Positions 27,701 to 40,600 of a stretch of DNA of 64,000 nt are shown here, in pieces. The translations under genes were made by a program, and so were the position numbers. The stretch comes from Lytechinus pictus (lineage: Eukaryota): assembly GCF_037042905.1 (NCBI RefSeq), contig NC_087250.1, positions 15,874,001-15,938,000 on the forward strand, read 5' to 3'. Position 1 is the first letter of the stretch. Every line of letters begins with the position of its first letter. The notes under the pieces were generated by a model, which ran no database searches, was not told the origin of the DNA, and saw only the letters and a program-made list of their open reading frames with translations.

Positions 27701-30700
27701 CCAACCACGGAGTTAGTTCCAATCTTACTAAACCCGTTTCACGAAGGGCTTCCTAACTAGAATTCCTTGATATCGATACTATCGGTAGAAAGAGCAGACG
27801 AGACGTAGCCTTAGTCACAAAATAGCATAATTTTTGAAAAGCAAAAATGTGATAAAACTGCAATTATTGTGATTAATTTGGAAATAAATCTAATAAAAAT
27901 AATAGCAGAGGCAAAATATGAACCATGCATACTTAAACCATGAAGACTGGAGCATTCAATTGCTGAGAAAATCAAATTATGAATAATTCATTTCATGACT
28001 AAAAAATCACATGTGGACATTGAGATGGGTATCCCCGGGATAGTAAATTTTGATAGTTTACGAAAGTAAACCACAATTGTTTTCTTTGTAAAATAATGAT
28101 AATTATACGATCATCTATGGTTCCAAACATCATCAAAATATAGTTTAACATAAATGTTTAAATTCTTACATACCGTAACACACGATTTGACAAATTCTTT
28201 GCATAAATTAGAGATAGAATTTATCAAAAATGTTGATAGGTGTTTGAAAACGACGAATACGAGTCCAGTTATGGATGACCTGACGTGGTAGAATCTTTAT
28301 CGATTCAATTATTTTATTATTTCAATGAGTGGATTTGTTGCGTTTTACCAACAGTTTTTATAGTTTCTGTGTATTACAATTATTATTGAATGAGCTATCA
28401 CACCTGTTTTGTAATGTAATCTCAACTTCTATGAATGATTACGTAAGATTACAATTTTCAAATTTCGAGGCAATTTTGCATGTCATAGTCTACCCACGTG
28501 ATGCCACTACGTCATTAAGAAAGAAGTTATGACAGGTTCGGAGGTGTCATAAATATTTAGTGAGGTTGTTGTACCCGATCTTGGTAAAGAGGGCTTCGTG
28601 AAACGGTTAGCGGACAAGTAGCTCACTATCTCCGATTTAGTCAAGAAGTTATACTTATGACGGTGTTGAGAAACGGGCCCCTGGTGACTAGAATTACGTA
28701 CAGCTCATTCAATGAATGATTAATGAAGCTATTTCTTGAATTTCTATACTTGGAATGCATTCGCATGTTTCTATGTATAGGCCTATACTTTTTTTAGCCA
28801 ACTGTTATATAAATACCAGTTGCCAATGGACGAATGTTGCTACCCATTGGATTGAAATAGCACATTTCAAAATAATAGGCCTATATGAATAAACAGACAT
28901 CAAAGTTAGTGCTCATCTCAATATATTTAATCACCATGCAAAGTTTGAACAATAAAAAAATGAAGCAATTTCAAAAAAAAAAAATCAAGCCGCTTATTGT
29001 TAAAGTGATGGGCTTAACGAGCGCTAGTGCTCTTTATTAAGGAATAATAATCCCTGTTACCAGGCCTCTTCGGAGAGGACCTTAAGCCGTCAGTCATCTA
29101 GCTGTTTGCTTGCTTACAAGCATTCATGCTTTCTAAGGAATCAGGTAAAAAAAATCCCCACAACGTACTTGCTCATACGATTTTAAACAGTGGTTTAAAG
29201 TGTATGAACTTCGATCTCTTCCTTACAGTGTATGAACAAAGTAACAGATGTTGGATAACATCAAATAATGATGAGCTGTTGATTGTCAAAATCTTTTCTT
29301 GTCATATTGCAGATCCATGTTGAGATCATCAATCCGAATGGTATCAGTGTAAAACAACTTGGTAGGACTCATGCTGAAAGCAACGGCTTTCTGTCTGGAG
29401 AGTACACATTTCATGATCATCCAACTTTGGGCATATGGAATGTGACAGCCTTCTATGGTCCGGATGTAAGTATACACCATCGCGGCCCGTACGTATTCTG
29501 AAGTTGGGTTTAACTAATTAGACCACGGTCTAACTCTGTTCTATAATTAGGGAAAGCCAAAAATGTCAACATTTTATTTTTGTTGTATGTTTCTAATGTT
29601 TAATGCGCCCTTTCACAATTCTATACTATTGAAGAAATCTATCTTATTGCCAGACAGCTAGTGTATGACTTTGTGTGGGAATAACTTATTCATTGAACCT
29701 ATACCGTCAGAATTGGCTATTCATAGTTCAACCACGGCGTAGAACTGGAGTTTAAAAAATCATTGGTATATCATCCGGATATTTCAGTGGTTTATATTAA
29801 ATATAGACTTAAGAATATGGGATAGTACTCCGTTTCTGATCTTATAAGGGGGAAGTTCACCCCTACCAAAATTATATATTTTAAAAATAGCATAAACATA
29901 ATGAAAAAACGGGTGAAGGTTTGAGGAAAATCCAGTAAAGATTAAGTAATTGGAATCGTAAGTTAAGTCTTTGATTTGTGGCATGTCCTTTCACTAACGC
30001 TCCGATCCCCAGGGGGAAATTCCCTCTTTTTGTTGGGGGAATTTCCCTTTTTGTTACCAATGTCTTTTATTCCAGACGTCATTGACAAAGTTTATATTTC
30101 ATACTAAATTCAAAATGAAGAAACTCAGGATCTAGCAAAGTTTTGCAAAAAATCTGGTAAAAATTTATAAGATAAGAAGTAAAATAGACCCATTTGGCTT
30201 TTATACCTATTTCAAAGTTGGATTGACTTTGCAGTGGTAAAATTTGATATAGAGTCTAAGCATGGAGCTAAGGTTAGTCTTGTCGATTGAGCACGCTCGC
30301 TGTAGAATATACCCACAGTATTACCACACGTATTTCCAGTTCAGTGCCCGTACTGCACAACATTTTACACTCAGCTCAACGCTGTCAAATGAATTTGAAG
30401 CCGGAGTCGGATCGTGATTAGCTCGGTATTTTCCAGTCAACCTGAAAAGATAGATTACCATAGATCTATTATTAATTATATGTATGTACTCCTTCATTTT
30501 ACAACTGTGGTATTCATTATTTTTGTTTAAAGGGGAATCCAGCCTTTAAGTTTAAATTAAACAGAATGGTGAAAGTTTGAAAGAAATCGGTCAAGCAATA
30601 AGAAAGTTATAGCTGCTTTGAAATTGAGATCACTAATACTATGTAGATTTCAAATTGGCAACTGGGTAAGTAAATTATGACAAGGGGCAAGGACAACTTT

Positions 30701-33202
30701 CCCATAGGCCATGTACTTTATTATCAGGGATTTGTGGTTTTCTCCTAAGTACACATTCCCCTGGGGCATCTAAATATAACCCAGGTAGTATATTGTTTTA
30801 TGTCCTCATGAAAGAAAGATACCACCTTTTGGGAAAAATGACATTTTAGCCATAATATGTATTGGAGTACATGGGAGAGTAGTCCTTGCCTTACAAGTTA
30901 TATCACTATGCCATCCCATATGCGGCCAATTTGAAGTCTCCATGGCATGGGTATAGTGATTACCAATATTTACAACTTTAAAAAAATTATATCTTTCTTG
31001 TTGTTTGTCCAATATTGTTCAAACTTGTCTGATTTTTCTTTTCCTTACAAAAACAAGTTTTTATTTGGGTTGGATTCCCCTTTAATGAGTTGAGGACATT
31101 TTTAAAAGGCAAGATGGCTGTGTCCGCAGCACAATGGCAATGCACTCATGCCTAGCCTGGCCAGGCTCCTGGAGAGTAAAAATCAGTCTACTATACCATT
31201 GCTCTCAATATACCGTAGGTTTTCCCATGGTGAAACTAGACCTAAAATCTAAATCACACATTTTACTTATCGTTTTGAGCCCAAACTAACGAGGGCCAAA
31301 ACAATATTTACCCCCCTCATTTGATAACGGTGCGTCTATATTTATTTTAAAAATAGTAGTAAATTTGAAAAATAATTAATAGCACGAGCGTTTACTTACC
31401 CAGTCTGTTATCATCGCCATCTTGCCGTCTTTATCCTTACCTAGATACCACACGCATGTATAGAGGGCGACAATATCATGAGCAGTGCCAACTTAGATAA
31501 AAAAAAACTTGCATCGGCCCAAGTCTGCATCGGCCGATAAATATCATGAATCGTCAAATACATGTACTTGCATTGGTTGATAAATATAAAGATCGCTTTA
31601 TGATGTTTATCGACCGATGCAAGTATTTTATTAGTAGGCCTGCACTGTCCCACATGCTTATCTGTGTTAGTTATCATCAGAATTATCAGTTTTGAGCTAA
31701 GATTTCATGATTTCACAATAATAAGTTTGCATAAATGTACCAGTTCTAGATCAATTAACCTTGAATCTTAAGACTTTCTTATGAACGAAATAATTGTTTG
31801 CTGCAACTACTTTCTTATACCTTTAACAGCTCAATAATAGGGCACTTAAGTACCGTGTCAAGTCAAGTGTGACGTTTGAAGTGAAGGAATATGGTGAGTA
31901 AACATTTATTTGCTTGTATTTAAGGACAGCTCATTTCGGAATAACTTCCATATGCGACCAGCCACCCCAAAATCAACAATAATTCTGTAGTCACATTTCC
32001 TTTACTAGTAGACTTGTTAACTGCAAAAAAAGGGATGAACGCTGCATTTTTTAGTACAAATGTCCCACTTGGCACAAATGTTCCTTGAGTCAAAAGAAAA
32101 GGATTCATCCAAAGAGACACGCTGTATCTATGCAAATAAGCAAGTAATTTGTATAAATTTGCATATTATGTCGATATAGTAAAAACAAGTATTTCAGAAT
32201 ATATTTTTAACCAGAACTGCCCTAAAATTGGAAATAAAGACTTAGGGTAAGAAAGGGAAGAACATTGTCATAAAGTAATTGGGATATCCTTGTTTATTAT
32301 TACCTAATTTACATAAATTATGCAAATTATAATTTAAAACAGAGTATTTTTTCATGAATCCTGAACTGCTTTTAAAAAACAGCAACTAATACACAATGTC
32401 AACATTTTACATGAAAGAGAATATATTAGCGAAAACATCGATATGCTTCATGACAGTATTAGTGTCTTAATTTGCTTAGAAAGAGGGCAAATATGTCCAA
32501 ATGTATGACGTGATATTGCGCTAAAACGAGACCAAAACAATCTCTATGTCACAGTCACACTCACGAATCAGACAATAAAGCGATCAATGGTATGTCATTC
32601 GAGATAACACAATCTCAACACAATAGCTTCCATCGGCTTCTCGTATCACTTTTGTTGGTGTGTCTGCCACACCGTAATCTATGATACATACGGACAAAAT
32701 GCATTTCGGTATCGGTAAAACACTATTAATTTTGTTTTATTTGTTTCTCTTGGAAAATTTTCAGGAGACATTGCTTTGCAGGTTACTGCTTTAATGAAAC
32801 TCTGGCACATGAATCATGACGAATGTACCCTACCTCAATCCATATTTTAACTTTATTAATATATATATCTTTTTGGAGACCCCGAAGTGGCAAAACTGCA
32901 TTCCCCGCGGCATTCCCGCTACTTTACAAAACCAGTTTGACTTGTATTATCGACTTGGAAAAGACAGATGTATGAGACATCAGTTAACATGTTTCCAGAA
33001 GATAGTTTTTTTTATTTAAGCCTACGTCCATGGGAGCCCTTCGAATTTACCCCATCCCCTCTCTGTATTTCGACACTAAATAAAACAAAAAAATATCGTG
33101 TTTTAAAGCCACCGGCAAGGCAAATTGCGTTTTTGGTATAATAAAGCAACTTTTATATCTATATTTCATATTTATCTATATTATTATTATCATTATCATT
33201 AA

Positions 33203-33236
<34 letters not shown>

Positions 33237-34577
33237 GTTATTATTATTATTATTGTTGTTGTTTTGCAGTTTGTAATAATGCTCTAGCACAGTAAAGGCT
33301 ATAACCCAACAGGAGCATGCCTAGGATACCCTTTCCCCTTTTGGTTTTATGTATTCAAAAATAGTTTATTGTCTTTAGAACTCATATCTTGGAATAGATT
33401 GAGGTGAAAATACTCTACAATTGACATGTAGAAGAGCTGTGGTACATTGAAGAAAAGCCACACGTAAGCTCTAAAATACCCCTTTATTGATTCCACTCTA
33501 TGTTAAATTTAAATATTTTTAGAGTCCATTCGGAAGAAAGATACATTTCTACTACACACAGTAAAGCCTCTTTACTTTCTCCTCTTAAAAAAAAAAAACA
33601 TAGAAGTCATTGTTTTATATCGCATAAAATAAGTTCGTGTACATGACGGTGGCCTGTCGAAGTTGCCCAACCCTTTATTTTGTTTTGACAATATGTATTT
33701 TGAATATCGTCTAAATGAAGCCCTCATCTGGAAAAGGGCACTTATTAAAGGCAGCATCTACATTATATAGAGGAGGCCCTGGTACTTGGAAGCGGGGGCT
33801 GAAGCACCCGCAAGATTTTTCTGAAGGGGGGGGGGGGCTGTGCTGCGTGTGTTATTCTCCATAGACAGCACCCCCTGGAATTCCGGCAGATGTGACAAAA
33901 CGAAAAAAAGAAACGTTACCAAACAAAAAAACTTCATTTTGTAGTGCAATCCATTTTGTTTATTTGCTTGTTAAATTTCTTGATGTAAATTTGAAAAGCA
34001 AAAAAGTTTCAATGTAAAATTTTGGTCCGAAGAAATTTAACAAGCTTCAGCCCCCTCTTCCCAGTGCCAGGGCCTCCTCTGTATAATGTAGATGCTGCCT
34101 TTAATAAGTGCCCTTTTCCAGATGAGGGTTTCATTTAGACGATATTCTAAATATATATTGTCAAAACAAAATAAACGGTTGGGCATCTTCGACACGAACT
34201 TATTTTATGAGATATAAAACAATGCCTTCTATGTTTTTGTTTTTTTTCAAGAGGAGAATGCAAAGAGGCTTTACTTTGTGTAGTAGAAATGCATCTTTCT
34301 TCCGATTGGGCTCTAAAAATATTTAAATCTAACATAGAGTGGAATCAATAAAGGGCTATGTGGCTGTTCTTCAATGTACCACAGCTCCTCTACATGTCAG
34401 TTGTAGAGTATTTTCTCCTCAATCTATTCCAAGATATCAATACAAACAAAAGTAATCTTTTAAGAGTTCTAAAGACAATAAACTATTTTTTAATACATAA
34501 AACCAAAAAGGGAGAGGGTATCCTCCTGTTGGGTTATAGCCTTTACTGTGCTAGAGCACTATTACAAATGGCAGAAC

Positions 34578-34611
<34 letters not shown>

Positions 34612-37600
34612 GTAATAATAATAATAATAATAATAATATTAATAATAATTATAATAATATCAATAATGATGAATGTAAATATAAAAATATAGATATAAAA
34701 GTTGATTTATTATACCAAAAAACCCAATGTGCCTTGCCGATGGTTTTAAAACACGATATTTTTTTATCTAAAGTCGAAATACGGAGAGGGGATGGGGTAA
34801 ATTCGGAGGGCTCCCGTGGGCGTAGGCTTAAATAAACAAAAAAAACTTTCTTCATGAAACATGTTGACTGATGTCTCATACATCTGTCTTTTCCAAGTCG
34901 ATTATACAAGTCAAACTGGTTTTGTAAAGTGGCGGGAATGCAGGGGGATGCAGTTTTGCCACCTCGGGGTCTCCAAAAAGATATATATATTAATAAAGTT
35001 AAAATATGGATTGAGGTAGGGTACATTCGTCATGATTCATGTGCCAGAGTTTCATTAAAGCAGTAACCTGCAAAGCAATGTCTCCTGAAAATTTTCCAAG
35101 AGAAACAAATAAAACAAAATTAATAGTGTTTTACCGATACCAAAATGCATTTTGTCCGTATGTATCATAGATTACGGTGTGGCAGACACACCAACAAAAG
35201 TGATACGAGAAGCCGATGGAAGCTATTGTGTTGAGATTGTGTTATCTCGATTGACATACCATTGATCGCTTTATTGTCTGATTCGTGAGTGTGACTGTGA
35301 CATAGAGATTGTTTTGGTCTCGTTTTAGCGCAATATCACGTCATACATTTGGACATATTTGCCCTCTTTCTAAGCAAATTAAGACACTAATACTGTCATG
35401 AAGCATATCGATGTTTTCGCTAATATATTCTCTTTCATGTAAAATGTTGACATTGTGTATTAGTTGCTGTTTTTTAAAAGCAGTTCAGGATTCATGAAAA
35501 AATACTCTGTTTTAAATTATAATTTGCATAATTTATGTAAATTAGGTAATAATAAACAAGGATATCCCAATTAATTTATGACAATGTTCTTCCCTTTCTT
35601 ACCCTAAGTCTTTATTTCCAATTTTAGGGCAGTTCTGGTTAAATATATATTCTGAAATACTTGTTTTTACTATATCGACATAATATGCAAATTTATGCAA
35701 ATTACTTGCTTATTTGCATAGATACAGCGTGTCTCTTTGGATGAATCCTTTTCTTTTGACTCAAGGAACATTTGTGCCAAGTGGGACATTTGTACTAAAA
35801 AATGCAGCGTTCAACCTCTTAACAAGTCTACTATACGTTGGCCATACGGCGAGTCAAAATCAGCCGTTTTAACATTTTTGTACCAGTAGGAGTGGGCTAT
35901 ACATGGGTCAAAAATACTTTTTTTGTCATTTTAATATGGCAACAGTTTTTATTTATTCCTTGTAATGTATCTCAACATGAAATGACAATATTTTTTGTCT
36001 CGGGTCCGAGAAAAAAGTGTGCCGGGCCAAAATCCAAAATGGCCGCCAAAACCCCTCCCCAAATCACGGTTTTGGCCACAACTTCTTTATTTTTTTGTCT
36101 TTTTCTCTGGTTTTGGTGTCTATTAATATGTTTTTGGGGTAGGCAATTTTTTTTACCTAAAATTAGTACTTAAAAAAACCATTATTTGTAGAGTTAAAAG
36201 GTGATTTTACTTAAATTTACAAATTTTTAGACCCTTTTTCAGCCAAAAATTAGGTTTCATCGTTTTGTGGTTCTTGGGTATTGGACGATACGAGTTCCAC
36301 AATAGCAAGTAGTTTCATATAGCTATATTGCTCTTAATCCTCTACTTTGTGTTTTACGGATATTTGCGAAATATATCTTATTAAATAAAAAAAATGTCAT
36401 TTATCCATAGGGGCTATATACAGTATAGTACAATGTATTGTATACTGCACTGCATACACGTACATGTCCTTGCATTGACCACCGTCTGTAGGATATATAG
36501 TGTCATTGAAATGAGCTCTTGAATTAGATGCCTCAGAAATTGAAGATACTGTATTTTTTGTCCCAGAAATTGAAGACATGTTTTGTCAAATATGCTCATG
36601 CAGGGCGGAGAGAGAAAAATATCATTAACGATGGATTACGGTCAACCCCACATTATGGCATTTACACTGTGGCTATTCTGTTACCATTATGGTAACCTTG
36701 CCATCCCATATTGTAACTTGCATGGAATCTTGGATTCTGATTGGTCATTGATCAGCATTACTATGGTAGTTACCTAACCCCATAAACACAGGGTTAGCCA
36801 CCACAACCAGGTAAAAACAAGCCTCCAAATGAAGAAAGTATGGCTAAAAATGTGATGTACGTACTGTACATGATGTTTATGTGCAATTTATGTTTATCAT
36901 CAGGTTACATCATGTACATGTACATCAGCTAACAAGCAATCAAATTTACAAGTGACAATCTAATTCTAAACCTCAGGAGCTCACTTCTATGACACGATAG
37001 TTTATAATATATACAGGACTTGTTATATGCCATGGTGGTCAATGCATGGATATAGGTATGTACAAAACATTGTAGCCCCTATGGATAAATGACATTTTTT
37101 CATTTAATAATATATTTTTCGCAAATATCCGTGAAACACAATTTAGAGTAATAAAAGCAAGATAGCTATATGAAGCTGCATCATACTTCTCAACTGGTAT
37201 CGTTTAATATCCAAGAACCATGAGACAATGAAACCTAATTTTTGCTGAAAAAAAGGGTCTAATAATGGGTAAATTTAAGTAAAATCACCTTTTAACTCTA
37301 TTACAAATAATGGTTTAAAAGTACTAATTTTAGGAAAAACAAATTGCCTGCCCCCCAAAACATATGAATAGACACCAAAACCAGAGAAAAAGACCACTAA
37401 ATAAAGAAGTTGTGGCCAAAACTGTGATTTCGGGGGGTTCCTTCTTCTTCTTCAGGTTAAATCTGCCTCCTTCAGGATTGAAGATTCTTGCAGATGGTTT
37501 ATTTGGCATGTGTGTATGGCCAGGTTTAGGTGTGCAGTGCAAAATATATACAGGTGCAAGTAAAAAGTCCCATCTGATTTAGCTCTGGCCTTCCGCCAGT

Positions 37601-40600
37601 CTTGCAGGCGGAAGGCTTTTGGAGAAGAGGCATTGATTTCGTTGGGAGGAATAGTATTCCATGCCTTGATCGTCCTCGGAAAGAAGGATTGACAATGGTG
37701 CTCTGTCCTGCAGTGTGGTAGCTGGTAGCCGTTCCCTTGTTGCTGCGATCGAGTTCTTGTTGATCCAGTGAGTGGGGTGATGTATTCTTCCACTGGGAAG
37801 CTGACAAGATTGTGGTGCAGCTTGTACATAAGGACCAGTCTAGAATCCTCCCTTCGTTTCTGCAGTGAGGGCCATTCCAGTTCTTCAAGCATAGATGTAA
37901 CGCTAGAGGTGTTGTGGTATCTGTTAAGCACAAATCTAGCTGCCCGCCTTTGGATCATCTCAATCTGGTGGATAAGACGATTGGTTGATGGATCCCATAT
38001 CGAAGAACAGTATTCAACGAGAGGCCGTACTAGTACTTTGTTTTGGCGGCCATTTTGGATTTTGGCCTGGCACACTTTTTTCATGTTGAGATAAGGTAAA
38101 AGGAATGCAAAAAAACTGTTGCCACAGTAAAAACCAAAAATCACCAATTTATAGCCCACTCCTAGTACCAGCTACATAATAGGTGTTTTTAATAAAAAAT
38201 GAACAAAATGGCTGTTTTCGACTCGCTGTACGGCCATCGTATAGGGGAAACTGCAGTACGAGCCACCAGAATATGCTCTCTGTATTAAAGTCGTCAGAAT
38301 AATAATATGGCTTTCAAAACATTTTTTTTTAAATTTGCTTAAAGCTCTAAAAGTGAAAGAGTGATTCATCTTCATACTGCCAAAATTTCAAGTTCTAATG
38401 TGTGATAAGATACAAGATACGCATGCTTCTGTGACACTATGGCCCAAATTCACAAAGGTGGTTTTGAAAACCCACGGTTGAGTCCATGGTTTAGGCAGAT
38501 TTCCTGTATAAATTACGCTTAATTTAGCGCGTATCGGGCGCGTGTATAAAAAATGTCCAATGCTGATGCGCGCTTTTGTCACAGTGCGTCAAATTGACGC
38601 CTGTTACCATGGTTAGATACGCTTTTTTATTCACGAGTCCACTGTGTGAAGAATAGACTCATCAATTCAAAACAGTGGATTCATGAATAAAATAGCGTAG
38701 ATAACCACGGCAACAGGTGTCAATGTGGTGCAATGTAACAAAAGCGCGCATCAGCATTGGACATTTTTTTAAATATACGCGGTAAAAAAAGCGTAATTTT
38801 TACAGGAAATCTGCATAAACCATGGACTCAACCGTGGGTTTTCAAAACCACCTTTGTGAATTTGGGCCTAATTGTCTTGAAATTCAATGGTCGCCATTTT
38901 CCTTGCTCTTTTTCTACATTCAAGAGAGTGGAAAAAACAGTATGATTCTAATCCCTCACAATTTCTCCCTTTTTTTTCTTCATGTCTTGATTTCCTTGGC
39001 TACAGTTCTACCCACATTTTCAGTGAAGGTCGAAACACCTGCGTACATATTAGACGGGGCCGATTCAGTGGTTTCAACAATAAATGCTCAGTAAGTGACA
39101 GTTTTGCTGTGAGCCAGTCGGACGCAAGGATTTCAGGAGCTTATAAAAAATATCGGAAAAAAAATCAGTGATCATTTGTTTCATGATATTCTCCCCTAAT
39201 GTTTTTACAGATATCGGTATTTGTCTTTCTGAGTGATAGTGAATTTCATTGTAAATGATAAAATATAAATGTGGGGGACGATTTTGAGCAGAAAAAAATC
39301 CAAACAAATATCTTTACTGTCCTTGTGGTTTCATAAAGCTGTATGTAAGTTATGCGAACTTTATGAACGACTCACTGTTGATCCTTTAATAGTTCGCTAC
39401 GAAAACATCACCAGTCATTTTTATAGCCACTTGTACCCATCAGGTGGGTGTTTCATAAGGCTGTCAGTAAGAGCGACTTTAAGAACGACTGGTGATCCTT
39501 TCTTGTGGTTAATAGTAAGCACCAAAGCGTTCATTGGCGATGGTTTAGCGCATAAGAAAGGATCACCAGTCGCTCCTAACTTATGAAACAGCCCCCAAGA
39601 CGGTTTTATGAAAGATTTTAGATGCCTGAGGGTTTATACTGAGGGTTTGCAGTTATAGGCGGGTATCCAGCATCAGATCCTACAAAGCATTTCATGGGCC
39701 CTATTGTATGGGGACAATAGAGACTGTTATTATAATGAGCCCCATTGAAGTCAATGTATTATTGGCCTGGTTCTAAATGTTTATAGGAACCAGGCCAATA
39801 ACACATTTACTTCAGTGGGGCTAATTATCTATTCATGAGGTCATATCTCAGGCCCCAATGAACTAATTCTCACCAGATTTTGATCATTTTCATCATGCTC
39901 TACCAGAATATTGTATCCAAAATGCAAAAATTGAAAATTGATGACGTCACACTTCGGTACTCTATCAATTTTTCCTACAGGAAATTTGCACAATATCCCT
40001 TAAAATAAAGCTCTTTGTGATGTCATCACATTAGTTGGTACTCTAATGTTCAGGTTGATTGGATCAATCACAACTCTTTGGAAGACCAAACCCATTATAG
40101 GCCTAGTGTTGTGTGTACCATAATGAACAGCTTCATGAAAATACCGTCAAAGCCAGGCTCTATGAGGATGAGAAATCAAATAACGATCTCTTCATTATTT
40201 ACCCCCTTCCCCCCCCCCTCCATGCAGGTATGTGTTCGGTAAGCCTGTGATTGGACGTTATGTCTTCAAGTATGGTATCCTTCAAGATGATGGATCTGTG
40301 GAAGAACTAGGAGAGAGAAATGGACATGTGAGTCAATTACCGTGTTTACACGCTGCATCGGCTCGCAGTTCAGAACTTAGAGCCGATGCAGAATCGGCTT
40401 TTTTGTTGCGTGTAAACGCGATTAACTTGCATCGGCTCTCGGTTCAGAATCTGCAATTTTGCACCACCAAAGTAGTAGGTTCAGAACCGGGAGCCGATGC
40501 AGAATCGGCTCTTTTACTACGTGTATTAGCCGATTCTGCATCGGCAATTGGCACGCATTTCATTTACTTTACCATTATGACGTACTTCAAAGCGCACGTA

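Noticed and set aside
29060..29160. Possible SINE core fragment (CTTCGGAGAGGACCTTAAGCCG)
   Set aside because: Too short and degenerate to assign by eye.
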